A DNA stretch of 43,160 nt from a virus (Duplodnaviria; Caudoviricetes). The position numbers and the translations under genes were made by a program. Positions within the stretch are counted from its first letter, which is position 1. Every line of letters starts with the position of its first letter. Location of the stretch: IMG/VR virus record IMGVR_UViG_3300038749_000016, positions 1-43,160 of that record. The stretch is one strand, 5' to 3'. Positions 35,013 through 43,160 of this stretch are shown piece by piece. Under the pieces are notes generated by a model. The model worked only from the letters and a program-made list of their open reading frames with translations. It did no database searches and had not been told where the DNA came from.

Positions 35013-35257
35013 TGTCGAAGATCGAGACAGGTGGACCGGCTTACCCATTCGTTGTTGAAACTGGACCAGATTACTACGGTCGTAAGTCGCACAAAGTCGA
35101 GCGAGGCATGACACTTCGCGACCAGTTCGCAGCACATGCTTTGAATGGTCTTTTGGCTGCCGATGAAGAATGCGGTTTCAAGCCTGATGTGGCAGCTGAG
35201 TGCGCCTACCGCTTTGCCGACGCCATGCTCGCAGCCCGTGGAGGTGATCGTGACTGA
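35009..35257 (+). CDS. Conserved phage early protein (GGPAFP...GMTLRDxFAA type)
   Basis: TGGPAYP, GMTLRDQFAAHAL, AY.FADAMLAAR. Confidence 0.8.
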   Translation: MMSKIETGGPAYPFVVETGPDYYGRKSHKVERGMTLRDQFAAHALNGLLAADEECGFKPDVAAECAYRFADAMLAARGGDRD

Positions 35258-36173
35258 CACCTTGCATGAGGACGAACTAACCTGGGAAGGCGGCAAGATC
35301 AGCCATCAAGGGATATACGCAAAAATACCGATGAGCGTTTATCACTCGGATTGCTGTGTTGGCCCGTCGATTTCATCCAGTGGCTTGCGTGAGATTGCGC
35401 CACCTGATGGCTGCCCGTTGAAGTTCTGGGATAACAGCTATCTCAACCCGGATCGTGCGCCACAGCAGGAGAAGCATCATTTCTCGCTTGGCAGAGCAAT
35501 TCATACGCTTCTGCTCGGTGAAGACGGCTTCCGTGATGAATACGTGGTTCGTCCAGCCGAGTTCGATAGCTGGCGCACCACAGCATCCAAGAAGTGGCGA
35601 TCACAGAAGCTGAAGGCAGGTAAGACGGTTCTTGAACCGAATGATTTGGTTGTCATTGAAGGAATTGCTGACCGGGTAGCCAATGATCGTTCGTTTATCG
35701 AACATCTGGACGGTCGAGTAGAGCGGACCATTATCGTTCGCGATCCGACGACAGGAATATTCGTCAAGGCTCGCCCGGATGCATTACCAGCCGATCAGGT
35801 GATTGCCGACCTGAAAACTACTTCAGACGCCAGTGAACGCGGATGCCTGACCTCTATCAAGAAGTTCAACTACCACATGCAGATGGCTCTTGCTGGCTCT
35901 GCTTTGGAGCTTCTTACACGTCGGCGGGTCACTGATCATGTGCTTCTGTTTGTCGAGACCAAGAGGCCCTACGCCTACAATATCAAGCCGGTGGACGCTC
36001 AATATGTCTGGCTTGGCGCACGTCAAAACCGTGCCGCACTGGATATTCTGGCGGAATGCCTAAGCACTGGTGTGTGGCCGACCTATTACGGTTCCGGCCT
36101 GACCGCTTCCCCATCCGATTTCTTTGAAAAGCAGATCGAGAACGAACCTTCGATCCCTGCGGAGGCAGCATAA
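35250..36173 (+). CDS. RecE/exonuclease VIII-like PD-(D/E)XK nuclease (DUF3799)
   Basis: YH...ISSSGL; LGRAIH; KARPD; IADLKTT; YHMQMA. Confidence 0.88.
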   Translation: MTDTLHEDELTWEGGKISHQGIYAKIPMSVYHSDCCVGPSISSSGLREIAPPDGCPLKFWDNSYLNPDRAPQQEKHHFSLGRAIHTLLLGEDGFRDEYVVRPAEFDSWRTTASKKWRSQKLKAGKTVLEPNDLVVIEGIADRVANDRSFIEHLDGRVERTIIVRDPTTGIFVKARPDALPADQVIADLKTTSDASERGCLTSIKKFNYHMQMALAGSALELLTRRRVTDHVLLFVETKRPYAYNIKPVDAQYVWLGARQNRAALDILAECLSTGVWPTYYGSGLTASPSDFFEKQIENEPSIPAEAA

Positions 36174-36175
36174 TC

Positions 36176-37504
36176 ATGAGAATAGAACGTGCAGTACGCG
36201 AAAAGACATTCACGCTCACGTCGATTGCTGGCCCTTCTGGCTCTGGCAAGACTTATAGCGCCCTGCTCTATGCTCGGGGTCTTGTAGGCCCAGAAGGAAA
36301 GATCGGCTTCATCGATACCGAGAACAAGCGCTCACGCTTCTACGCGGATGTGGCGGGCGGCTTTGACGTGATCGATCTTGACCCGCCTTTCACGTCAGCC
36401 CGATACATCGAAGCGATCAAGGCTTTCGAGAAGGCTGGATATACTGCCATCATCATCGACAGCATTTCTCACGAATGGGAAGGCACAGGCGGCGTTCTGG
36501 AGCAGGCTGAAGCTATTGAACAGTCGAGCAAACGTCCCGGACTGCATTGCTGGGCAAAGCCGAAGGCAGGCCACAAGAAGCTTATGAACGAGCTTCTGCA
36601 AACCCGCGCTCACCTGATTTTCTGCTGCCGTGTGAAGGAAAAGGTTGTTCAGGCCAAGGGCGCGAACGGCAAGAACGAGATCGTGAATGAAGGCTTCGTC
36701 GTCGTTCAGGAGAAGATGTTCATCTATGAAATGACCGTCTCGCTGATGCTGGCGGAAGGCAATCATATCCCGACAATCTTGAAATGCCCCGGCGACCTGC
36801 TTCATGCCTTCCCTGAAGGCAGCAAGATCACGCCAAAGATCGGTGAGGCGGTTCGCGGCTGGAGTGATACCGGCAAGGACATTGACGAAGCTTTCGAGAT
36901 GTCCAAGCGCGCCGGAATGCAGGCTGCAAATGGCGGGATGAAATCTCTATCGACGTGGTGGGGAAATCTCGAAAAGGCCGATCAGCACCGTCTGGCCAAC
37001 CTGAAAGACACGCTCAAGTCAGTTGCCGAAGCTTCTGACCAGATGCGCTCTGACCAGATGGAAGCTGGCGGCGGTGATGTCGGTGAACGTCTGGCCCATG
37101 CAAAATCGATTTCCAAGGGCGCTGAGAGCGGCGAAGGCTTCAACCGGGAGTTTGTGACCGACCAGCTTAAGACGCTTTCCAGCGAGCCGTTTACGGGCGA
37201 ACAGGGTGCGTCTGAGGACGTGGAGCAGGAACAAGCGCCACGCCTGACCAATGAAGACCGAGCCGCGCTGAAGAACTTCATCAAGCAGTGCATTGCTGGC
37301 GTCGGTTCTGATCCATCGGTGATCGTCAATACTGCCAAGGGACACGATGATACCTTCACGTCACAGCTTGCCAAGGACAAGGCTGGAACGATTGCACTAT
37401 CCTTCACATCGGTATGCCGTAACGAAGCTGACCTGGATGCGGCTATTACCTACACCTGCGGGATTGTCGGTATCGATCCGGCAGAAGTAGATGAGGTGGA
37501 GTGA
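36176..37504 (+). CDS. Sak4-like AAA_24 ATPase (single-strand annealing recombinase)
   Basis: GPSGSGKTYSAL, IDTEN, IIDSISHEW; adjacent to the exonuclease. Confidence 0.82.
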   Translation: MRIERAVREKTFTLTSIAGPSGSGKTYSALLYARGLVGPEGKIGFIDTENKRSRFYADVAGGFDVIDLDPPFTSARYIEAIKAFEKAGYTAIIIDSISHEWEGTGGVLEQAEAIEQSSKRPGLHCWAKPKAGHKKLMNELLQTRAHLIFCCRVKEKVVQAKGANGKNEIVNEGFVVVQEKMFIYEMTVSLMLAEGNHIPTILKCPGDLLHAFPEGSKITPKIGEAVRGWSDTGKDIDEAFEMSKRAGMQAANGGMKSLSTWWGNLEKADQHRLANLKDTLKSVAEASDQMRSDQMEAGGGDVGERLAHAKSISKGAESGEGFNREFVTDQLKTLSSEPFTGEQGASEDVEQEQAPRLTNEDRAALKNFIKQCIAGVGSDPSVIVNTAKGHDDTFTSQLAKDKAGTIALSFTSVCRNEADLDAAITYTCGIVGIDPAEVDEVE

Positions 37505-37902
37505 TGCGGACCGTACCTGAATGGGTCGGCAAGTCCGACAACTCCATGCCCCCGGACAAGGTGAAAGACCGGATACGAGACCGACAGGGCGACAAGTGCG
37601 CCCTCACCGGACACCAGTTCAAACCAGGCGATAAGGTTGAATACGACCATATCATTCCGCTTTGGCTGGGTGGAGATAACCGGGAAGGAAACCTTCAGGC
37701 TGTCTTGGATACCGCGCACAAGCGCAAAACCAAGGCAGAAGCCACGGTTCGATCCAAGGTCAACAAGATCAGGAAAAAGCATCGCGGGATCAGGAAAGAG
37801 CCTTCAATGGCCGGTTCCAAGAACTCCCGCTTCAAGAAGCTCATATCGGGCGAGGTCGTTGACCGTCGCACCGGAGAAGTTGTCGGAGGATCGCACCCAT
37901 GA
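37501..37902 (+). CDS. HNH endonuclease
   Basis: CALTG, EYDHIIPLWLGG...NLQ....HKRKT. Confidence 0.85.
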   Translation: MMRTVPEWVGKSDNSMPPDKVKDRIRDRQGDKCALTGHQFKPGDKVEYDHIIPLWLGGDNREGNLQAVLDTAHKRKTKAEATVRSKVNKIRKKHRGIRKEPSMAGSKNSRFKKLISGEVVDRRTGEVVGGSHP

Positions 37903-38717
37903 CCACCCTACCGCAAGAAGCCGTGAAGGCGGAAGTCCAACTCGACCCGAATGCCGTCATTGCCGCCGTACGCGAGTGCGCTCGGATTACTGCGCCCGAG
38001 GTAACGGACGCGGAATTTGAAGCCATTCGTGCCGACAATGATCCTTTGTATGCCAATACGACCCGCGACATGGAGCGGGCAATTCGGGCTTATCTCAGCG
38101 CTCTCCCATTCCTCTCCGTGCAAGTAGCTGTGAAGCGTCCTGTGAAGGCTCTGCCTAGCCAAGACGAACTGCGCACATTGCTGCGGTATGAGCCGGAGAC
38201 GGGCAAATTATTTTGGCGCGAGCGTCAAGCCCATCAAATGAAGGGCATAGACCCGACAAGACGGGAGTGGGCCGCACGGCAATTTAACAGCCGTTACGCC
38301 GGTAAAGAGGCGTTTACGTCATCGGATAAACTTGGTTACCGGCATGGGAAGATCAATTGGCTAAATTATCAGGCGCATCGTGTCATCTGGAAGCTTGTCC
38401 ATGGTGAAGACCCGCAGGTCATAGATCACATAAATCGCGATCCATCTGACAACCGCATTGTTAATCTACGCAACTGCACCATTGCAGAAAACAGCCGTAA
38501 TTACTCCAAGACGAACAAAGCCTCTGGTTATCGCGGTGTGTGCTGGGTGAAGCGCGATAAGGCGTGGGCTGCTCGCATTTCCAATGGGCGCGGCGGGAAA
38601 GTAAGCCTCGGAAATTTCAAGAACGAAGTGGACGCAGCGCGGGCTTATGACGCTGCTGCAAGGTCTCTTCATGGCGAGTTTGCCACTCTCAACTTCCCTG
38701 ACGAGGTGCAGATATGA
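37899..38717 (+). CDS. HNH-AP2 homing endonuclease with ~80-aa unrelated N-terminal extension
   Basis: LRYEPETGKLFW, AHRVIW, IDHINRDPSDNRIVNLR, SGYRGV...LG.F....AARAYD.AA...GEFATLNF. Confidence 0.9.
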   Translation: MTTLPQEAVKAEVQLDPNAVIAAVRECARITAPEVTDAEFEAIRADNDPLYANTTRDMERAIRAYLSALPFLSVQVAVKRPVKALPSQDELRTLLRYEPETGKLFWRERQAHQMKGIDPTRREWAARQFNSRYAGKEAFTSSDKLGYRHGKINWLNYQAHRVIWKLVHGEDPQVIDHINRDPSDNRIVNLRNCTIAENSRNYSKTNKASGYRGVCWVKRDKAWAARISNGRGGKVSLGNFKNEVDAARAYDAAARSLHGEFATLNFPDEVQI

Positions 38718-39556
38718 CTGTCGTAAAAAAACTGAAGTGGACGAAGGGCGTCGTAGACATCGCCCAACCGATGCCTGGCATGAAGTATGTCGCTTGCAGC
38801 ACAACGCCAAAAGGATCGTGGGCTTTCTGGCTCGATCATGCCCCGGAAACTCATTCTGTATTCACATCGGAAGAAGCCGCCAAAGCCGCCGCACAGGCCG
38901 ATTATTCCGCTCGCATCCTCTCCGCGCTTGAGCCATCCGCAGCGCGTCCGTGCACTTGCCACCCGGACGACAATCCGCCTGTTCCATGTGCGGGCAAGTA
39001 CGCTCTCAGTGATTGTCAATCCGCAGCGCGTGAGGAACTCATGAAGCAAATCCGAGAGGGTACAGCGCACGGGTTCCTCAATGACGGTTCACAGCTAGAA
39101 GGTAACCCAGATTTGGACTGCCCGTATTGCTGCGGTTCTGGTCATAATGGCGACGTTCAGCCATCCGCAGCGCGTGAGCTGGCGTTGGTAGATGCTCTTG
39201 AAGTAGCAAAGAATGAGCTACAGGCATGGATTAAGTGCGCCGATGAAAATGGACTTTGCGTCACGTCCACGCCGCACGTCATCGACCATATCGATATCGC
39301 CCTCGCGTCTCTATCCTCCCCGGGCCATGCCGACGCCGGTAAATTGGTCGAGGGGGATGGGTGGATGCCGATTGAGAGTGCGCCGAACAATAATGCGATA
39401 CTGGTCCATTATGACGATGGGAACATCGAATTAATCAGTGCTGATGACAACATGTTTTCTTGGATTGCGTACACAGTCAAAGAAGATTTCTGCACCAAGC
39501 CCACCCACTGGCGTCCTCTCCCCCTCCCTCCCGTCGAAGGAGGCAAGAATGACTGA
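38714..39556 (+). CDS. Mosaic early protein with C-terminal DUF551-like module
   Basis: VKKLKW, AKAAAQADY..RI.SAL, GWMPIESAP...PTHWRPLP; internal repeats. Confidence 0.75.
   Translation: MTVVKKLKWTKGVVDIAQPMPGMKYVACSTTPKGSWAFWLDHAPETHSVFTSEEAAKAAAQADYSARILSALEPSAARPCTCHPDDNPPVPCAGKYALSDCQSAAREELMKQIREGTAHGFLNDGSQLEGNPDLDCPYCCGSGHNGDVQPSAARELALVDALEVAKNELQAWIKCADENGLCVTSTPHVIDHIDIALASLSSPGHADAGKLVEGDGWMPIESAPNNNAILVHYDDGNIELISADDNMFSWIAYTVKEDFCTKPTHWRPLPLPPVEGGKND
38931..39178 (+). repeat. Three in-frame copies of ATCCGCAGCGCGT (SAAR)
   Basis: 38935, 39019, 39163; spacings 84 and 144 nt. Confidence 0.9.
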
Positions 39557-40130
39557 GATTTGGAAGTCTGTTGTTGGATGGGAAGGTATCTACGAAGTGT
39601 CAAACTTTGGACAGGTGCGCTCGATTAGCCGCCTCATTGCCCGCCAAGATGGATCAACTCAACGATTTCGTCAGTGCATTCTGTCGCCGCGCAAAAATAG
39701 CACGGGATACCTTATAGTAACTCTGTCTGATCTTTCGAACGGAAGAAGGGCAACTGTACGCGTTCATCGCTTGGTCGCGGAAGCGTTTATTCCTAACCCC
39801 ATGTCACTTCCAGAAGTGAACCATATTGATAGCGATAGAGCAAACGCGAGAGTGGATAACCTTGAATGGGTAACACCTTCTCAAAACAGGTACCACGGCT
39901 ATCATTTTGGCTCTGTAAGCTTACCTCGTAGAATTGGGGAGAAAACAAGTTCTGCTAAATTAGACGCAGGCAAAGTCTTAGAAATAAGACTACTAGCGTC
40001 TCGCGGGGTTTCATCGAGGCAACTCGCCAAGAAGTATGCTGTCAACAAAACAACAATACTTAGGTTGCTGAGTGGAGAAACTTGGTCACATGTCACTCTC
40101 CCCTCTGCACCATCGGAGGGCGCGGAATGA
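39549..40130 (+). CDS. NUMOD4-HNH homing endonuclease with C-terminal HTH
   Basis: EIWKSVVGWEGIYEVSNFGQVRS, VHRLVAEAF, VNHID...N...NLEW; AT-rich. Confidence 0.92.
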   Translation: MTEIWKSVVGWEGIYEVSNFGQVRSISRLIARQDGSTQRFRQCILSPRKNSTGYLIVTLSDLSNGRRATVRVHRLVAEAFIPNPMSLPEVNHIDSDRANARVDNLEWVTPSQNRYHGYHFGSVSLPRRIGEKTSSAKLDAGKVLEIRLLASRGVSSRQLAKKYAVNKTTILRLLSGETWSHVTLPSAPSEGAE

Positions 40131-40366
40131 GTAAGCAAATCACATTCGGTTGGGGTGCGCCAACATTTAAAGAGCAGTTTCCCGAATTGCCGGATGATGT
40201 GGCCGAACACTTCCAGAAAGACAGCGAAGCACTCTTTCGCCTGCGCCTTCGCGGCTACGTCACCGACAGTCAGCGCAACGCCATCATCAAGAAACTCGGC
40301 AACGAAATATACAAAGCGGTCGATACGGCCACCCACCCATCAGGAGGCGACCGTCATGGCGAGTGA
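40127..40366 (+). CDS. Hypothetical protein
   Basis: ATGA-coupled, SD GGAGG. Confidence 0.65.
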   Translation: MSKQITFGWGAPTFKEQFPELPDDVAEHFQKDSEALFRLRLRGYVTDSQRNAIIKKLGNEIYKAVDTATHPSGGDRHGE

Positions 40367-41401
40367 AGACCTTTTGAAGAAAGCTGTTGCTGCATTCAAC
40401 GCCTTGTCGCCAGAGCAACAGGCAGAAATGCTGGAAGAACAGCGCCAGTCATGGGTGCGTGGTAACGTTGGTCTGAGCAGGGATGAGCGCGGTATGAATT
40501 CTCCAGTGATGCCTCGCCCCACGACCGTCATGGCGAGTGAGTACTGCAAATTCCCGCACTGTGAATGCAGTATGGGTGCGGCGGAACGCTGCAAACGTAT
40601 CAGAACCCGCCCCGCGCCTGCCGATCTAAAGGCAGGAGATAGGAAACATTACAAGCTGATACGGAAATCCCTGCAGAATAAAGGTTTGCTGCCTGCCGAT
40701 ACAGATACGGGACTGGAGACGATCGGATACGGTAGTCCCGGTTCACTCCAGATGGTCATGGACGGCCAGATGGATCATGCATCTGTTACCAGCACATCCG
40801 GAGGCGTGTTCACGGAACCTGTCTGCTTCCGCTCGCAGGCTGAGGAGCTATTGGCGGCGGAACGGGCACGGTATGTGGAAGCAAGCCAGCGCGCCACCAA
40901 TGAAGAAAGCTTGAAAGACACTATGCATCGCGGCCTTCTGCGATGGAAGGAACGAGCTGAGAAGGCAGAAGCCGAGTTGGCGGCGGAACGGGCGGAGAAG
41001 AAAGAATTAGACGCTGAATGTCGAGTGCTTGCCAAGCGCTGTATTGAGAAGGATGCGCGGGTTAAGGAGTTGGAAGACGAGCGTTACAAGCTGGCTTACG
41101 CCATTACTGGCGGTGAAGATGCTCCCGGCTATCTCGACAGCCTGTCTGCAGAAACACTGGTCGAAGTAGCCAGAAAAAACACGCAGCATTGGTTCGCAGA
41201 AACTGACCGTGCGGATAAGGCTGAAACCAAGCTTGCAGCTTGCGAAAAACAATTGTCGAAGGATCGCAAGTTACGCAACGAAGCCCAATGCGATGCGGAC
41301 CTATGGCGGTTTTCTGTCGATATGGGCGATCATCCCTCACTGCTCGTGAAGGTATGGAAGCAGCGCAAAGCCCTCGAAGCCAAGCTCGCGGCTGCTGAAA
41401 A
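40348..41401 (+). repeat. Four in-frame direct repeat pairs
   Basis: CGACCGTCATGGCGAGTGA (40348/40522), GCCTGCCGAT (40616/40691), TTGGCGGCGGAACGGGC (40851/40977), imperfect ETKLAACEK/EAKLAAAEK (41223/41376). Confidence 0.85.
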
Positions 41402-41540
41402 GGCGCTGGAGCCGTTTGCGACAGATGCAGATATCTATGACGATCAGGATATTGAAGACGGTGAAAAATCCTTCAACGACAACATAACAGTTGGTGACCT
41501 TCGCAAAGCCCGCGCCGTGCTGGGAGGGAAGCCGTCATGA
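40356..41540 (+). CDS. Mosaic coiled-coil early protein (Ead/Ea22-like architecture)
   Basis: SD CAGGAGG; coiled coils; ALEPFA...ITVGDLRKARA C-terminus; four internal repeat pairs. Confidence 0.75.
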   Translation: MASEDLLKKAVAAFNALSPEQQAEMLEEQRQSWVRGNVGLSRDERGMNSPVMPRPTTVMASEYCKFPHCECSMGAAERCKRIRTRPAPADLKAGDRKHYKLIRKSLQNKGLLPADTDTGLETIGYGSPGSLQMVMDGQMDHASVTSTSGGVFTEPVCFRSQAEELLAAERARYVEASQRATNEESLKDTMHRGLLRWKERAEKAEAELAAERAEKKELDAECRVLAKRCIEKDARVKELEDERYKLAYAITGGEDAPGYLDSLSAETLVEVARKNTQHWFAETDRADKAETKLAACEKQLSKDRKLRNEAQCDADLWRFSVDMGDHPSLLVKVWKQRKALEAKLAAAEKALEPFATDADIYDDQDIEDGEKSFNDNITVGDLRKARAVLGGKPS

Positions 41541-41713
41541 GCCAACCGAGCGAAACAGAAATCTTCAACGCCATTGAATACGCAATGCGCTGCCATCCCG
41601 TCGAGGAAGAGCATGAAGGCGAGGACGGAGCTTGGACCGCCGAGATTTACGACGCGACCAGTCTGACGCCGTTCGTCCTGTGCTTGCTACGAGAATTGAA
41701 GGTGATTTCATGA
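41537..41713 (+). CDS. 58-aa acidic hypothetical protein (not in the ORF track)
   Basis: ATGA overlaps at both ends; SD GGAGGG. Confidence 0.6.
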   Translation: MSQPSETEIFNAIEYAMRCHPVEEEHEGEDGAWTAEIYDATSLTPFVLCLLRELKVIS

Positions 41714-42063
41714 CGGACCTCATTACCCGCCTCTCCAAGCTAGACGCGCCTGACAGGGAAGTGGATGGCGAAATCTGGCGCTATCTTATGTCCGGCGAAC
41801 CTCGCGCTGTGCTCCATGGTCCCATACCGAAACTCACCGCCTCTGTCGACGCCGCAATCGCGCTGGCTGAGAGGGTGTTGCCGGGGTGGTATTGGGGCAT
41901 CACACAAGGCGATGACGGTGAAGACGCCGTGGAGTTCCAAGGAAACGTTTGGCCTTCGATCCAACCATATCCTGCCGAACTAGAGCAATACGGATATCAC
42001 AAGTTGCCTGCCATCGCCCTTCTGATCGCCCTCTTGCGCGCAAAGGAGGGCAGCAAGCTATGA
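41710..42063 (+). CDS. Conserved phage protein (L.APDREVD..I...TASVDAA.AL..R.LPGW type)
   Basis: Recurrent phage motif; PAIALLIALLRA C-terminus. Confidence 0.7.
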   Translation: MTDLITRLSKLDAPDREVDGEIWRYLMSGEPRAVLHGPIPKLTASVDAAIALAERVLPGWYWGITQGDDGEDAVEFQGNVWPSIQPYPAELEQYGYHKLPAIALLIALLRAKEGSKL

Positions 42064-42182
42064 GCAACATTCTTATCATCAGCCTTATCGGTTTGTTCAC
42101 TAGCGGCGTGGCGGTCGGCTTATCCTTGGCTGCTGTCATTTACCTAAGCTTAAACGAAAAAGGGGCCAGCAATGCCGAGTAA
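42060..42182 (+). CDS. 40-aa single-TM protein
   Basis: SD AAGGAGG, ATGA coupling, hydrophobic. Confidence 0.55.
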   Translation: MSNILIISLIGLFTSGVAVGLSLAAVIYLSLNEKGASNAE

Positions 42183-42483
42183 GGAACTCATCGAGAAGGT
42201 AGCAAAGGCCATCAACGGACCTTTCCACCCTGTGCCGGAAGGATCACCATACACATTGGACCAGCTTCGCGATGTTCGTTGGCAACAGATCAATGGCGCG
42301 GAACGCAATCTGTGCTTGGCTGGTGCAGAAGCCGCAATCTCCACCATCCTCGCCGCTCTACAGGAGCCGACACGCGAGATGTATGAAAGCGCCCACAAAC
42401 ATTACGAAGGAGAGGCTTATCTTCCGCATGGCCTATGGCGCGTAATGCTCAACGCATCCTCACTTGGGGAGCCGAGCGAATGA
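42172..42483 (+). CDS. Hypothetical phage protein
   Basis: LIEKVAKAI...A.AAI....EPT.EM...W..ML.A pattern. Confidence 0.7.
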   Translation: MPSKELIEKVAKAINGPFHPVPEGSPYTLDQLRDVRWQQINGAERNLCLAGAEAAISTILAALQEPTREMYESAHKHYEGEAYLPHGLWRVMLNASSLGEPSE

Positions 42484-42671
42484 AGCTGACCGATACAGAG
42501 CAAGAGCTTCTGGACATAGAAGAGCGACGCATGCGGACGCTAACTGGCAATCACAAGCATTACTGCATGGATTGTGACGGTATGGCTATTGATGACACGT
42601 GCCCTGAGTTTGAATGCTGCACGTGCATAGACGTGGAAGGTCGCCAAGCCCTGAAAGGCGGTTCCAAATGA
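42480..42671 (+). CDS. Small Cys-rich protein
   Basis: HYCMDCD...CPEFECCTC; ATGA-coupled. Confidence 0.6.
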   Translation: MKLTDTEQELLDIEERRMRTLTGNHKHYCMDCDGMAIDDTCPEFECCTCIDVEGRQALKGGSK

Positions 42672-42910
42672 GCCAGAAAGATGCAGTTCTCGCAATGAGA
42701 AACGCCATGTTCGCGGTTGGTGACGGCATGTCTCTGGACGCCTTCATGCAAGGCTCGATCATGGCACAGGCGAAGATAGTATCGGAAGCAGCAGACACAC
42801 CAGATGAAGCCATCGCCGTTCTTGCCCATTATTTCAATATCGCTGCTGATGCCATTCCTCTGTACTGGGCCGAACGCTCTGGCCGCGCCGCACTGCGGGA
42901 AAGGGAGTGA
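42668..42910 (+). CDS. Hypothetical protein
   Basis: ATGA-coupled ORF. Confidence 0.6.
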   Translation: MSQKDAVLAMRNAMFAVGDGMSLDAFMQGSIMAQAKIVSEAADTPDEAIAVLAHYFNIAADAIPLYWAERSGRAALRERE

Positions 42911-42986
42911 GGATGTCAGCATCAGGGAGTTCTACTTTTCAACGTCAACCAAGGGCGGGCACCGGAGGCTTTGAGAGGTAAATACG

Positions 42987-43160
42987 ATGACTAAGCGTCT
43001 TGACGTGACCGCGAGACAGGTAACCGCAATCTGCAAAGGGGCCGAAAAGGCTGGTCACATCCCGGAAATTAAAATTGGCAATGCGTTCATACGGTTAGTG
43101 CCGGATGATTACATTACCGAAAAAGACGAGATTGACGACAAAGGAAAAGGCTACTTTTAA
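42987..43160 (+). CDS. 57-aa excisionase-position protein (not in the ORF track)
   Basis: SD GAGGT; MTKRLDVTARQVTAICKGAEKAG...GYF*; last early-left gene, where xis usually precedes int. Confidence 0.5.
   Translation: MTKRLDVTARQVTAICKGAEKAGHIPEIKIGNAFIRLVPDDYITEKDEIDDKGKGYF

Larger units (their letters stand above)
1..43160. mobile_element. Temperate siphovirus/prophage (HK97-type head, GTA-like tail, lambda-like cI/cro switch); att sites and integrase not in window
   Basis: Ordered lysis, tail, head, packaging, replication, immunity and recombination modules; terminase lies mid-window, as in an integrated permutation. Confidence 0.97.

Noticed and set aside
38931-39178. CRISPR array
   Set aside because: Repeats are only 13-17 nt, spacers unequal, all in frame within a CDS, and no cas genes are present
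42911-43160. Integrase or att site
   Set aside because: No recombinase ORF or terminal direct repeat within the window; probably just beyond the right edge

Overview
The window is an almost complete temperate siphovirus genome in prophage gene order, most likely from an alphaproteobacterial (Rhizobiales; Ochrobactrum/Brucella-like, inferred) host. On the - strand, reading right to left: cro and early-right/replication genes (30786-23999), a ~740-bp structured non-coding late leader, HNH/TerS/TerL, an HK97-type head, an RcGTA-like tail with a -1 frameshifted chaperone, a tail fibre, two SGNH esterases and a lysis cassette (GH108 endolysin, overlapped spanins, holin candidate). On the + strand: cI, then the early-left operon (RecE-like nuclease, Sak4-like ATPase, three HNH genes, mosaic accessory ORFs), ending in an excisionase-position ORF. 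No integrase lies inside the window. Accessory inserts are hicAB, a secreted protein in the tail operon, a GNAT acetyltransferase among the tail-tip genes, and an HTH/iteron-like module behind cI. The most unusual signals are: (i) a multi-domain structured RNA with a degenerate tRNA-like head at the start of the late operon; (ii) an apparently split replication initiator with a displaced origin; (iii) early proteins built from in-frame cassettes bounded by 10-20 nt direct repeats; (iv) a fibre-linked SGNH pair, one with its own leaderless promoter. All functional calls come from recognising motifs by eye; no database search or folding program was run.
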